Counted from the first letter of the stretch, positions 26,160 to 46,396 are shown. The stretch: 64,000 bases of DNA from Paraspadella gotoi (GCA_051294375.1 CM119267.1:14439694-14503693), one strand, 5' to 3'. Translations and numbers: made by a program. Notes: generated by a model not told the origin, from the sequence alone.

Positions 26160-26785
26160 TAGAGTGATGTGAAAATAATAAAATTTTATAAAATAAAAAT
26201 TAAAAAATAAATTCACCAAATTATTTTTATTAATTTTATATATTAGTAGGTACCAGTGAGCTATATTTATATATTGTAATAAGTATTTAAAGATAAAATA
26301 ATCCATCCACAATAAATCGAAAGCAAATTTTATATAAAGTAATAAGTAAATAATAAGTTAAAATTTTAAAAAGCAAATTTTAAAATTTTAAGATCGTATT
26401 TGGATTTCTTACAAAAAGTTAATATCAAAAATTATATTTTTTAAAAAAAAATTTTATTAAGTTGGTTAAAAAAATAAACGTTTTTTAATTTAATTTTTAA
26501 TTAAATTTTTTTTTAAATTTTAACTTATTTAATAATATAATTTTTAAAAAATATATATATTTTTTTTTTTATCAAATTTTTATACAGAATCTGAATCTGT
26601 TCTCAAAATTTAAAAAAAATTATTTTAAAATTTGGATATTATTTAAGGGTAATATTATATACAAATTAAGCTGACTTGGTTATTATATTTATTAAAAAAA
26701 AATTACAGATTAATAATTACTAATAAAATAAATAGTTTTTTAGATATAACTGCGAAATTATGATTTCAAACTTTCACTTCACCCT
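26160..26785. mobile_element. Degenerate AT-rich foldback/MITE
   Basis: Ends tagagtgatgtgaaa and tttcacttcacccta are inverted; the interior is imperfectly palindromic and resembles 55378-55913. Confidence 0.5.
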
Positions 26786-27800
26786 AGTCTATTGGTCTAT
26801 TGCGTTGATGGTAGATTTAAACAAAAAAATATTTTTGAACATTGCTTGCATAATGCAATGCATATTGCTTATTCTGTTTATTTTTCTTGGGAGCTTTTTA
26901 CCAGTTTTTGTCATTTTTCTTTAGAAAGACAGTCTCTGAAATTGAACCTAATTTTAGTTCATGAATGAAGTCCTAGTCAGAACTTGAGTTTAAATTATTG
27001 TGATGTGACCAAGGTCAATGGTCAGTTGGTGTCATAAATTCCGCTCATTTTTTAATTTATTTTTTTCAATTTTTAATCTGTGATTTTTTCATAGCTTTGG
27101 TGATGTCGTCTGAACTTAAGTCTAATTTTTTCTATTTATGTATAAAATTGTTTTTATGGTGATGGGCAGGAGCTTACAAAATTTGAAAATCAGATTGTAA
27201 TATTTGTGTGGCTTCAGTAAAGCTGCCCCGACTTGCAGTTCTGCACTTTAAGATTTATTAGTTTCAATGTTAAACAGTATATTATATTAGTAAAGTTAAA
27301 GGTTGTTATTTCGGTTATGAATCCCCTATTTTTTAGTTCTTACAAATTTTTAAGAAATTAGTTGTCCTTATAGGCTTATTGGTTTTTTTAATAAATGAGT
27401 TCTTTTGGCTATCAGTTTCTTTTCCTGGTAACTTACCTTGGGTTTTTTTTTTTGTCCTACTATGTTTCCCCTCCTTTCTCCCGATCACTTATCATTTGAA
27501 AATGAAAAAAATTATCGAAGTTTAAGCATCTAAAATCGACTTTTTGTTGCTGGAAAAACGAGTCTATTACGAGTGTATTTCATCATATATACTTTCATAA
27601 GTCTTTAAAGTGTGTTATTCAAATTATAAGTAGTATATGTAAGAACGAAAATGAAGTTACGAGTTGGATTCTATTCTTTCAGTGTTATACTTTGCGCTGC
27701 CTCTCAACTTTTGTTTTCTAGCTAATTTGTTAATTTTTTAAAGAAATGATTTGGCGCTCGTAGAAAAATCCTGTCAAACCGCTGAGTCAACTCGATCGCA

Positions 27801-30326
27801 ATGACATTGAATCACGAGAGCTCCGAAGAGGCGGAAGCGGCGAGCGCGAGCGCCGAGCGCGCCGTTCAGGAACGGGAGAGGTTGTTGGTGGAAGCGGCGG
27901 CTCAGGGCGACGCCGGAGTTGTTAAGTCCCTCATCGAGGGCGGCGCTCACGTTGATGCCGATTCCTATAACAAAACCCTCTATTACTTGTCTCAAAACTA
28001 CTTGACTCCCCTGATGCGCGCTTGTCAATCGGGACACACTCATGTAGTCGACCTACTGTTGCACGAGGGAGCCGACTCCGAAGTTCTAGACAAATTCGAT
28101 GTCTCTGCTGTTCACTTCGCGGCCGAAGGAGGCCACCTTAACTGCCTCAAATTGTTGCTAGATGCTGGAGCTAACGCCAACGGAGTCACTAAGTACTTGC
28201 GCAAGGGTTGGACTACGGCGACGCCGTACCCTGGCGGAACTACTCCGCTCCACCTGGCAGCTCTAAAGGGCCACCCGGAATGTATACGGGAGTTGATCTT
28301 GAACGGAGCCGACTACAACGCCGTCGATGAACTCGGGCGCACTTCCCTTTATGTGGCCGCGGCCAGTGGATTAGAATCAAGCGTTCTGGCCCACTTGGAC
28401 AACGCCGTTGGGCGTGATATTCTCAGCATCCCGGTCAAGGACTCCCTAGAGACTCCGCTGCACGAGTGCGTCCGGCATGGCCTGAGGACTTGCGTTCGTC
28501 GCCTCCTTGCCCTTGGTTCTGACGTCCATTCGAGCAACGCCAACGGAAACTCTCCTTTTCATCTAGCCATGAATCTGCGCTCCGACTTGTTCACTTTTGA
28601 AATCGTCAGGGACATTATTCTATATGGGTACAACACGAACGTTAACCAAATCGATCGTAACTTCAAGCGGCCTCTCCAGTACGTCGCTTTCGACGACGTT
28701 TGGGGCTCCAAACAACGATCGAGGTTGACCTGCCTGTTGATCGCCTATGGCGCTCGTATCGACGTCCCCGATAAGCACGGGCGCAATTTGTTACAGGCTG
28801 AGCTGCACAGATTTGCCCGGGATCCTACGGCCGATCGCGCCATACTTGAACTGGCCGTGAAGACCATGGACAGGGTCCCGTCTCTTGCCTCTCTCAACCT
28901 TCGTTATGCGTCGGTGGTCCGACCCCAGTTAGTCAGGCATCCTGGGATTATAGGGTTCGGTGGAATCCCTCCACGCATGCGTGGGTTGGTGCCGGCTGGA
29001 CGGGGAAGGGGACGTGGGAGGCGGCCAGATGAGCATGAAGCGCCTTCCTTTAGCCTATCCGAAAGATCGGCTCCGGAGACCCAGCAACAAACGATCCAAG
29101 TTGGTTTGGGGCCTGGCACCGAAAGTGCTCGAGAGCCACCGCGAACTAACAGAGATTGGAATGGAGATCGAAATGGAGATCGGAGATGCGGATGCTCCGG
29201 GCCCGTATCGCACGTGATAGCGGACGATGACGACGAAGACAACGATTTAGATGAAGATCGAAGAAGAGCACTGAACCATTCCGGCCGTTGTTTGCGTTTA
29301 CACGACGCTCATCCGTGCTTCTTAAGTTTTTCATCATCCAATTCTTCCCACGACACGGGCAACGCTTCCGGTTCTAGATCCCCAACGCCAGGAACCTCTT
29401 CCGATTCGCAGACATCCTCGTCTGACTCAAGAGGGGCGGAAATTGTTGCCGGTGTTGCATCGTCGGTGGGTCTCGCATGTTCCGAATCTGCCCAGGCGTC
29501 GGATGTCAATCAGCCGACAGATGCTCATAGATCTTTGAGAAGAGTTGAGGATGTATATTTATCCAGTTTGTTGAGAAATAGGAGCAGCGGGAGCGAAAAC
29601 GGGACTACCCCTGCGAGGTTGTCGTTTCGACCGCCTTCCACTGTACCCTATTCGTCCGACGTTCTGTTTCCTTCGACCGTCTTTAATCCACCGCCAGCGT
29701 CAGCTTCGCCACAAACAACTCGTCCAACTCCCAATATTCTATTCATTCCCGCCGACGGGTCAGAAACGACGGGCGTAAGGCGCTGTCTCTCAAACCTCAC
29801 TCGGGAAATGGCCGCCGGAAGTGCGATGGAACACCCTCGGTCTATGACCAATCCAGCCCTCGTTTGGTACGAAGCCGCGAGTCGGGCTCCGCCTTCATTG
29901 CAGCACGCTGCTCGTTGTTGCATTCGTGCGGCTCTGGGTCCGCTCCGAATCCGCGAGATTCACTCTCTACAAATACCCACGCAGCTCAAAAAGTTGTTGT
30001 TGCTCGATTGTGAAGATGCCTTTGACGAGGAGGTTGCTGAGGGAAAAGGAAAAGAGCCCGAGCGTGGTGGAGGCAAGAAGGGAGGAAAAGGAAAGGAGAA
30101 AAAAAAGCTCGCTGATGAAGATTGCGTCGGTAGCGTCGATCCCGTCGAAAACGGCGCTCCTGAAAACGAAGAAAGTCCCATAGTTCGGCACTATAACGCC
30201 GGGGGAGAGACTGGAAACGGTCGCTTGGCCGAGCCACTCGACCAGGGTGCCATCGTCGAAGCCGAAGAAGACGAAGGGCGAATCAAAGAAGAGCTCGAGG
30301 GGATTCTGGAGTTAGAGAATTTGTAG
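27801..30326 (+). CDS. Ankyrin repeat and SOCS box protein (ASB family), single exon
   Basis: Multiple ankyrin repeats (TPLMRAC, SAVHFAA, TPLHLAA, TSLYVAA, TPLHECV), long disordered linker, SOCS box PPSLQHAARCCIRAALG...IHSLQIPTQLKKLLL. Confidence 0.88.
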   Translation: MTLNHESSEEAEAASASAERAVQERERLLVEAAAQGDAGVVKSLIEGGAHVDADSYNKTLYYLSQNYLTPLMRACQSGHTHVVDLLLHEGADSEVLDKFDVSAVHFAAEGGHLNCLKLLLDAGANANGVTKYLRKGWTTATPYPGGTTPLHLAALKGHPECIRELILNGADYNAVDELGRTSLYVAAASGLESSVLAHLDNAVGRDILSIPVKDSLETPLHECVRHGLRTCVRRLLALGSDVHSSNANGNSPFHLAMNLRSDLFTFEIVRDIILYGYNTNVNQIDRNFKRPLQYVAFDDVWGSKQRSRLTCLLIAYGARIDVPDKHGRNLLQAELHRFARDPTADRAILELAVKTMDRVPSLASLNLRYASVVRPQLVRHPGIIGFGGIPPRMRGLVPAGRGRGRGRRPDEHEAPSFSLSERSAPETQQQTIQVGLGPGTESAREPPRTNRDWNGDRNGDRRCGCSGPVSHVIADDDDEDNDLDEDRRRALNHSGRCLRLHDAHPCFLSFSSSNSSHDTGNASGSRSPTPGTSSDSQTSSSDSRGAEIVAGVASSVGLACSESAQASDVNQPTDAHRSLRRVEDVYLSSLLRNRSSGSENGTTPARLSFRPPSTVPYSSDVLFPSTVFNPPPASASPQTTRPTPNILFIPADGSETTGVRRCLSNLTREMAAGSAMEHPRSMTNPALVWYEAASRAPPSLQHAARCCIRAALGPLRIREIHSLQIPTQLKKLLLLDCEDAFDEEVAEGKGKEPERGGGKKGGKGKEKKKLADEDCVGSVDPVENGAPENEESPIVRHYNAGGETGNGRLAEPLDQGAIVEAEEDEGRIKEELEGILELENL

Positions 30327-30587
30327 CTTTGAAGAAAAAAAAATCTTTTTTTGGGCAAATTAAATTTTACGCCCATTTTGTTATGTAGTCGAAATCGTTG
30401 AGTCGGATAGGTCGTCTTAACATGGACGTTTTAATACTTTTTGTTTCCTTAACAACAACCCGTGATAAGCAGTTATTATATTTGATCAATCCTGATGATT
30501 AGCATGCTTCGATGTTAATTTTTAAATTAAATTTCTTACACGAAATAATGTGATTTATTTTTTGAAGTACAGTTAGTTCAAAAGTAA

Positions 30588-33500
30588 ATGCAAAATGTAT
30601 TTCTGTCGCCACTTTTTACTAAGACTCAATTTTCGATGACAATGCATCGGGCTGTCTGCAGATTTCACGCTCATTTGCCCACTTCGGGCCGGAGTTTTCA
30701 CCCAAACGGAATCATTTCTTATCTACGGTAATCTCGTCGTTTCGTAACACATTTCGGTATCAAGTTACGGAAGTAAATCTAGTAGTTTAAAATTTAAAAT
30801 ACTTTCGTAATGCTTTTTCAATGTTTTTCAATTTACTCAGAATATCAACCAAAGCTTCTGTTCTACTCGATTTTCGCTGCTTGTCGACAACTTCAGTATT
30901 GGCGCGGTCGGTTACTCCCAAAAATTCAGAAACAGTCGCTGCATTCTCCACTACCAGTCCAGATGGTGCTGGTGTTATGGAAAACGCCGAACCCGAATCC
31001 TCTGCATCTGGGAAATCGCGCGACTCCTCATTTAAAACTCCTCAATCGGAGATGGTTTCTTCGGTTGAGGGCCTCTTTAGACATAACGAGACTCTCATGC
31101 GCCTTAACTTCACTGATCGTTTGACGTCATATCTACAGGTGCCTGAAGCGTTATTTTAATTTTTTTTAAATTCATCCTTTAATTCTTAACTAGTTAACTT
31201 GATTCAGATGTGCGTGTTCGTGAACGAGGAGACTCACGCAGAGTCGATGCTGCGGGACCTTGTAGACGAAAATCGTCATTGGCGCCGTTTTTATGGCAAA
31301 ACGCCTCATCGTTTAGGGAAAGTCTCCTATTCCCCATATTGCATCCTTTCGGCGGAACCCTTCAACGTTTTTCTCCGAGTCCACGCTGCAAAGGGAGACA
31401 CGAAGTCGTGTATGGCGATTCTTAGCGACATGAAATCCATCGACGTCGATCCTGACGCTCTCTCCGTCGCTCTCGTTCTTGCCGCTTTCGGCAAAGCGTT
31501 CGAAATAAATACTTCGCATTCGACCGCCTCTCTAGAGTCTTTCATTGCGACGACGGCCAACAGAATCTCCGATCTGCCTTTGATTAAACTGTCGAGTCGT
31601 TGTCGGCTTCGTCGAGAAGAAAAACGGTTAGCCACGGCGGCTTTGGAAGCGGCAGGGATCTACGATGACGAAGCTCGGTTTGACGAAGATACTTTGGAGG
31701 GCTACGACAGACCCATCTTCCGAGATCTCCGAAGAAGCGACGCTAAAGACACGACGTTTCCGAATCCTTTTTACGGCGCTTTCGACGCTGATAAATTGAA
31801 AACGAAACTTCAGACATCCTTCGAGGCGGCAATGGAAGCGGAAGTCTGGATGCCGCGAATCGATCGTAAGGAAGTTCTAGAGTCGAAAGAAAGAGCAACG
31901 ACAACTTTGGATACGATAACCCTGAGACGCCGACTGTTGGAGGAAGTCGGGGAAAGGTTGAGAGATTTTGAGGCTGCTCGGCGGGATTCTCTCGAACCCA
32001 ACCTCTGTCCATATTTTAATGATTTTACTGTTGAAGAAATCGTGGAGGTGATGGTGGGCAAGGCGGTTGAGATGATGCCGTGGATGGAATATCGATCAAA
32101 ATTTGGCGTTACCGCCAACTTCAGCTTCGAAGTTAAACGTTTAACTTATCGAATGGGTCATCTTCTTGCCGATCGCAGCGCCGCCAAGCATCGCCTCAGA
32201 ATCTGTGGATTGGAGACTATTCGCGAAGTCCATTCCAGACTCATCGACTTCCTAGGGGCTCCGCGCCACGACCATCCCTCTGAGCGACTCTTTTGGCGGG
32301 AAATAATGAACAACTTTCCTAGATTAGCAGATATCGAGGCCTACGATGTCACTTGGCCCCGAAATGTGATTTTCGAGGCAGGTTCAGTTATGATGGATTT
32401 ACTTCTAGAACAGTTAACCGTGCTGTTGTCAAGCGGAGAAGCCAAAGCATCGGTGCCGACGGTGGAGCGTGGGGTCTATTCTTTAGATCGCCTCGACTCT
32501 CGCTCCTTCCACAAAAACGGTGAATGGTTTCGAACCACAGAGATTTCTTCCGCTGTTCCCCCCGTCCCTTGGCTCAGCGTCGATTTCGGGGGCAATCTGC
32601 TCAACCCGAGCGATTTTATTTGGGCGAAACCTTTCAACCCCGGCGAAAATTTTGGAATTAGGAATATTAAGTCGGTATCCTCCATGAATCACCTGCCCAT
32701 TCTCGACGCAATTAGCCATATGGCCTCCTGCCCTTGGCGAATCAACGAGTTCATCCTCGATGTCGCTGATTCACTTTTCTCTCGTGACGAACCAGATTTC
32801 GGAATACCACCGCGTTCGTCCGCTTCCGGCTACAATTTTCGCTCAATCGAAGCTTCCTCGATGAATTTGGGCGAGGCGGAGCGTCGCGAGATTTGCCATG
32901 AGTGGTTTCGCGCTTCCAAAGCCAAGGCCGATTCTCAACGCAACTGGTGCAGGGCCTCCTTTAAGTTGTCCCAGGCAGACTATGTGCGGGATGATCCCTT
33001 CTGGTACCCACTGCATTTGGAGTTTCGCGGGCGCATCCAGCCTGTTCCCCCTTACCTTCATCTCGTCCACATGGACGATGATCTCACCCGCGGACTAATG
33101 AAATTTGGAGGCGGAAAGCCTCTCGGCCCCAAGGGCCTCGATTGGCTGAAGATCCATGCTATCAATTTGACGGGATTCAAAAAAAGAGAATCGAATAAAA
33201 AAAGGCTCGAATTCGCCGATGAGGTCATGGACGACATTTTGGACTCGGCTGCCCACCCCCTTGATGGTCGCCTTTGGTGGACGCGGGGAGACGATCCCTG
33301 GCAAACCCTGGCTGCTTGCAAGGAGATCGCGGACGCATTGGCCTCGCCAAATCCGGCCAACTTCGTCAGTTATTTGCCCGTTCATCAAGATGGCACTTGC
33401 AATGGCCTCCAACACATATCGGCTCTTGCTCGTGATCGTCGTCTCGGTGAGGCCGTCAATTTGGGTATATCTGATGCCCCGCGTGACGTTTATTCACATG

Positions 33501-34276
33501 TGGCAGAAAAAGTAGAGCGCCAACGAAGCCGCGACGCCGCACGGGGCTTGAAGGTGGCCCGTTTGCTTGAGGGCTTCGTCACCCGGAAAATTTTGAAGAA
33601 GCCTGTGATGACTTATTATTATGGGGTCTCAATCAATGGCGCTACTCGTCAAATTAGCGACGTTCTTCTTGATGATGATGAATTCGATAAGAGTCATCTT
33701 CGAGATTGCGCCTATTACCTCGGAAAGACAACGCTCGATACTCTCGCTAAAATGTTTCCAGCCGCCGATAATCTTCGGCTCTGGGTGCAAGAAGTAGCGT
33801 CGTTGGTTACGCAAACGACGGGAAATCCCATGACATGGGTCACGCCTCTCGGTCTGCCCGTTCTTCTGCCTTATTTTCGTCGCGACATTACAGCAGACGT
33901 CGTCAAGCAGCGGAAGCGGGCGTTGATTAACCTTATCGCGTCGTTGGAGTCCTCGCACATGATGTTAACCTCCTTGCATTGTCGCCGACGTGGAGTTGTC
34001 TTCGCTGCCGTCCACGACTGCTTCTGGACACACGCCGCCGACGTCGATGCCATGAACGAAATCTGTCGGCGCCAATTCGTCAATCTTTACTCGTGCCCTA
34101 TTTTGGAGGACTTGGCGAAGCACTTGGAGGAAGTCAATTTGGCTGAGGGTAAACCGGGGATGTCCGAACATTCGCCTGAAAAGAAAGAGCTATTGAAGAG
34201 GAAGTTAAAAAATATACCTGACCGAGGAAATCTGGATTTGACTCAAGTACAAAACAGCATTTACTTTTTCAGTTGA
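30588..34276 (+). CDS. POLRMT: T7/mitochondrial-type single-subunit RNA polymerase, divergent (exons 30588 or 30636-30727, 30841-31138, 31208-34276)
   Basis: Motif A HQDGTCNGLQH, motif B RKILKKPVMTYYYG, motif C VHDCFWTH, C-terminal YFFS, a PPR-like repeat and a presequence-like N-terminus. Confidence 0.88.
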
Positions 34277-34563
34277 TGAAAAGTCATTGTTTTGTTATCC
34301 CATTGGTGTCCTAAAAGTTTTTATTTCCGAACTGTGATACTTCAATTTTGGCAGTTTTGTTTTTTCTCTTTACAGCATGCACGTTGGAGTAAAATAACTC
34401 CAAAACTAAACTTGACAAAATTTATTGATTGTACGTATTTTTTCTATTTATATTAATATTATTATATATATATATATGTATATATTATTATTTATACATT
34501 CATGATTTTTTTTTAAGTGATAGATTCTTGAGCTTCCTAGAAAATAATTCAGAGCCTCCGACG

Positions 34564-41567
<7,004 letters not shown>

Positions 41568-42231
41568 GCTCGAATCTAAGACTGATGAAATTTCAAAAAG
41601 TAATCGTGAAAAACATTGGCTTCGGTATGGTGTCTGGTATTTGTAGGTTTTTAAAGTCTATCATTATCAGTACTAGTCAAAAAAAAAAATCTTTTATTAC
41701 ATCGTGTTTAGAGTGCTTTGAAATGAAACTAACGGTTAGTTAAGCAAGCGATGAAACATACGTTTACATATAGCTGATTTTATTCTACTGTAATTTTACT
41801 TCCCTTGAATTTAAAACATCCACAGTTAAGAAAAAAAGGAAATTTGAACTCCTTAGGTCTACAGAATGATGTGGGATACGACAGACTCTTCGAACACATC
41901 CTTTTACTCTCAATACAAACATAGTTGACGTTCATCGGAATCTTCCCCTCATGAGTCCCTAAGAGCTCTCGCGGGTGAGCCACTCCGAACTGAGGCCGAA
42001 CTGGCGCTTCGCGACAGATTTTCAGTAAAGGCGCCCTCGTCTCGGCACTTGTGGGTGCTTTTGTTTTGAGGCATGATTTCAAAGGGCGATGCTGAACAGG
42101 TATAGTCTTGAAATAATTTTCTTTTTATATTTATTCTTTTGGATAGTTTTGCAAAGTATTATTTGTTAAGAATTAGCGTCATTCTTTTTGTCGGGATTTT
42201 ACTTAGTTAAGGGAAGCGGTTTTGCGGCATT

Positions 42232-42450
42232 TATTATTATTATTATTATTATTATATCAATCAATCAATTACTATGATATCAATAAATCAATTATTATTA
42301 TTATATCAATCAATCAATTATTATTATATCAATTACTGTTACATCAATCAGTGTATTACTGTTACATCAATCAAATACTGTTACATCAATGAATTACTGT
42401 TACATCAATGAATTATTATTACATCAATAATTCGTTATCGCATCAATCAT
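42232..42450. repeat. AT-rich minisatellite (~21-bp units, aattactgttacatcaat-type) and (tat)n
   Basis: Visible tandem units. Confidence 0.75.
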
Positions 42451-42459
42451 TCTTTTTTT

Positions 42460-43324
42460 ATCGTCGCAATCGCTAAGCGTTTGCGACGATATTGTGACGC
42501 TTTTGCGCATAAGTGGCTGTTAGGGGGCGAATCCTGCGTACCCCCTAACGGGTAGCGACGAGTGTGGGGTGACCAAAGGAGGGTCACTAAAAGTCAAGGC
42601 GTGGCAGAATGTCTCGTTCCAACCAGGGAATGATAGATCACGGGCGGCCGTGCATTGACAGTGCACCCTGGAATCTACACTGTAATAGATCAGAAGAGAA
42701 ACACAATGATCAAGAACCACATAACCTATCAGTAACCCAACACCTCTCCTATAATCATTAATAACTCATGATAGCTGGAAAGGAAAGACATTGAATAACA
42801 AATATCAATCAATGAATAATAAATGAATAGACACGTGGTGAAACGTTTTATTTGTTAATGAATTAATATCCAAATGAATAAAAGTCCGATGATGAATCTT
42901 CACGAAAGTTTCTTCCCGACATGGCGTCGTCGTCGTCGTCGGCGTTCCAAATTATAGATCGCCTTTTTTATGATTAAATTTGGGTGTATGAAGCTGAAAA
43001 TTTATATACAGCTTCTCATCATTGATGTGCTTAAAATTGAGTCTGGACAGTTATTAAATATGTTTTGTTTACGTTTTATCAAAACAAACAAATTTTCCTC
43101 TTTATTTTTATATTTTTTTCTCTCTCTCTTTTCTCTTTTAATTATATGTCTTCTCCCTCTCTCTTTTCTCTAGTCACTGATTCATAATCATAGGGGGAAA
43201 AAACGAGCCTGCAGCTGGTTCTGCAGGGGCTTATTCTTTTTCTCTCTTTTCTCCTGCTGCTTCTGCAGTGGCTCTTTCTTTTTCTCTCTTTTTTCCTGCT
43301 GCTTCTGCTGCTGCCTTTTGATTT

Positions 43325-43357
<33 letters not shown>

Positions 43358-43645
43358 GCATTTTTATTTAAAAAAAAAATTTAATTAGGATTGAACTCGT
43401 AAAATTAGGCATCGCATTCGTGCATGTTATCATTTTGCTATTTTTCAGAAAATATAACTTTAATTTTCTTCCGTACTTTATTATTTTTTTTTATTGACAA
43501 TCGCAAAATAGAATTTTTAGTTGTTTATAATTTAATTTTCTTTTTTCAAATTTTCTTTTTTTTAGTATCAAAATTTGTCATCAATCCAGATTTTTCTTAT
43601 GCTATTGCGACGATCCTTATGCTTTTAAGATTTTTTAAATTATTT
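42460..43645 (+). mobile_element. HINE/DINE-like element (family A), copy 2, carrying a solo LTR
   Basis: 5' hairpin atcgtcgcaatcgctaagcgtttgcgacgat, 3' ttgcgacgatccttatgcttttaag; collinear with 11753-12560. Confidence 0.72.
42518..42921. mobile_element. Solo LTR-like element, copy 2, with 4-bp TSD
   Basis: TGGC|tgttaggggg...cccgaca|TGGC; the empty site cataagtggc is seen in the family-A copy at ~11773-11782. Confidence 0.85.
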
Positions 43646-43764
43646 TATTAATTTTCTTGGATAGTAACGTCTGGCGAGATCCCTATACTTTTAAGATTTT
43701 TTTAATAGATCGCTTCCCACTCAATGCGTATTCCCTGAAACTTATTTGGTTTCTTGCTGGATAA

Positions 43765-45692
43765 ATGACGTCGCGGGCGCAATTTTTGTTGAGTGTGGCA
43801 TTGACGTTTTTGTCTCGCCGAGCATCGCTGGCCGTAGCTGCCTCCGTCTCAGCGGCTCTCGTAATCAACGCCGCCTTTAGACGCAAACAGGTTCTTCGCT
43901 ATTTTGAATTTATTGTTTTAAACTACTTTTATTTAAATTCAATGTAAACAGAACAAATCAGTTCAATCGCAACCATGACGCTTCTCTCTTTTAAATTATT
44001 TGTCTATAGTGGAGCGCCGTGGTTCACGAAAACAAGCGCCGAATTCGCAAGGACTACGAACGTGTCGGGACCGTGTCGTTGCTCCTCGTCTACCCAGTCA
44101 AAAGTTTGCGAGGGCAACGGCGATATCAAGTTTTTTGCGGCGGACTCGGAACTTCCGCCTTCGAGGTTCGTCGTCCTTTTTTCTCTCCTGTTCGCTGTTG
44201 TTCTTTTTCGTTACAAGATCGTAGGTAATGTCTTTACCCTTCTTTCTTCTCTTCAGAATTCGAAGGTGATCGATCGAGGATGGATGATCGTTCAGGGAGA
44301 AGGGAATCGCTTCGTCACTCAGCGACAGGAGCCTCTCCTCGCGCGGATCGTCCCCGAGATCGACGAGGAAAAGGTTCCTTACATTTTTTTTTACAAGTGG
44401 GGGACAAAATCGAATTGACATTTTCATATTCAGAATTTCGTTACTCTTACCGGTCCCGATGAAGATTCTATCACCTTTCCAATCCCACCCGACGTCCTCA
44501 CGCAGAACTGCTGTAAAGTTCTCGAAACAAAAGTCTTTTCCTCGAAAACGATTGGTTTGTTTATTTTTGATTGCAATCATCACTCTTCAGTGTCGTGAAA
44601 AAAATGTGAAATAACCTAGATACATGTACGGTATTATAACTATGTTTTGGTATTGGTTTTTGAAAAGGAGTGGATTGCGGAGATGACGTCGGCGAATGGT
44701 TGGATAGGTTACTCAGTCGAAAAGGGCACAGACTCCTTTACAAGGCGCCTTTTCTAGAAAGCAGAGACATCGACACCACTATGCCTGATGGGATCGATCT
44801 AGATCACGGGCTGCAAAGGTTTGTTTTAAAAAAAAAAATTTAATAAAATAAAAACAAAGAAAACCAATATATAAATAATGGCATGATAATATAATACATA
44901 CTGTACATACTGTATTTATATTTTGATGTGTAGGAAATTGGCATATCAAGACTGCGGACCTATCATGATCGCTAACTTTTCTTCTCTTAATGACGTTAAT
45001 GAAAAGTTAGAAATGAGGAACGTGAAGGTGATTTAGGAAATTACTCCCGGTTTTAGCTTAATTCTTTTAATCAATAATGTACATTTTACAATGTACAATC
45101 AACCACTTATGCAGGTGGAGATGGAGAGTTTCCGCCCCAATGTAGCGGTTTCTGGCGCTCATCCATGGGACGAAGATAACTGGGACAACATACTGTTCTG
45201 TCCGCCTGGATCCGACATTCACGGTTCGTGCTACCCTTGGCAAAAACAGCAACGATAAACATATACGAAGGCTCGATTTATTCTCTTATTTATTCTTCCT
45301 GAAGATCCTGAAACGTCAGGGTCCTTGGTAGAGCTAAGGCGCTTGGCACCTTGCACCAGATGTAAGATACCGACGATCGATCCGGCCACTGGTCGGTTCC
45401 GACTCGATGCAGAACCACTCAAGGTATTTTTCTTTCATAAATTTCACTTGCATAAGACGTAACGCTTACCAACTTTGGTTCTTTACACCAGACGATGAAA
45501 AAGTATCGGATGTGGCCTGGATGGGGCAAGAGCCCTGTTTTTGGTACCCACGTGGGCGTAGTTCGTCAGGGAATGGCGCGAGTGGGGGACGAAGTCTGGA
45601 TTACGCGATCTAACGAAGATATCAGCCAGAGAGGAGTTGGTCTTCTAGCTGCCGTCGGGCGGGACCCCAGCTATGACATTTGGAGACTTTAA
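43765..45692 (+). CDS. MTARC: MOSC-domain protein, mitochondrial amidoxime-reducing component-like (about 9 exons)
   Basis: N-terminal hydrophobic anchor, VYPVKS, DRGWMIV..FVTQRQEPLL, VDCGDDVGEW, FRPNV..WDEDNW, PCTRCKIPTIDPATG, SPVFG..VGDEV. Confidence 0.88.
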
Positions 45693-46396
45693 AATTTGTA
45701 TAGATCCGGTGCCATTGGAGATTTTTACTCATCACTACATTATTATTTATTTGAAGCAATAAACATTGTCATTTTGCCCTCCTCCTTTATTACGTTTTTA
45801 TAGAAATTAATCTGTGTTGTGATTGAGCTTGCGCCAATAATTAATGCGGACGCAGTCGCATTTTCGTTAGGAAAGAAATATTTTTTTCACTGCGGACGAG
45901 TTGCGGACATTCGTTAGTCTGAACCTTCATTAAACTTCTGTGACAACGCCATTCAACTGGAAATAGCGTTGCCCTTTAGTCCTGACCATCGTACAATTGA
46001 TCTCAAGTTAAATTATTATTCCAGTAGCCGTTGATGTTTATTTAATTCGGACTATCAATATACTATTTGTTCTTTAAGTTCAACCTTAGGCCTTGGCTCA
46101 AAAAAACGTGCCAAATAGCGAAAAAGTTAATAGTTCGCAGTCAACAACAGTAAAAATGTTCTTTTATTTATTAAACCTGTCAATTTTTACTGTTTGTTGT
46201 CAGTTTTTCGGTCCGGCCCCTTACAGCATAGTCCATAATTTTTAATTGCAAATAACTAAAATTATAGATGGATATTGTTTTTTTTTTTTTTTTTGGAAAT
46301 CAATAATAATGGCACAATATTTTATACATCTATTTTCTTTCATCTGATTTTTTTCGCTAAGGCTTATTTTTTTCAATTACAGGTTTCACGTTTACG

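Noticed and set aside
31199-34276. Phage or prophage T7-like polymerase
   Set aside because: It has spliceosomal introns, a presequence-like N-terminus, a PPR-like repeat and the YFFS end typical of nuclear-encoded POLRMT; there are no phage neighbours.
41930-42108. U3 snoRNA on minus strand (starts AAGACTATAC)
   Set aside because: Boxes A, B, C and D are not recognisable beyond the first 10 nt.
42232-42450. CRISPR-like array
   Set aside because: Simple AT-rich minisatellite with no unique spacers, in a eukaryotic context.
45840-46100. Short repeated tgcggac..ttcgttag motifs upstream of DPM3
   Set aside because: Too short and irregular to call; may be a promoter or repeat remnant, but nothing in the window supports either.
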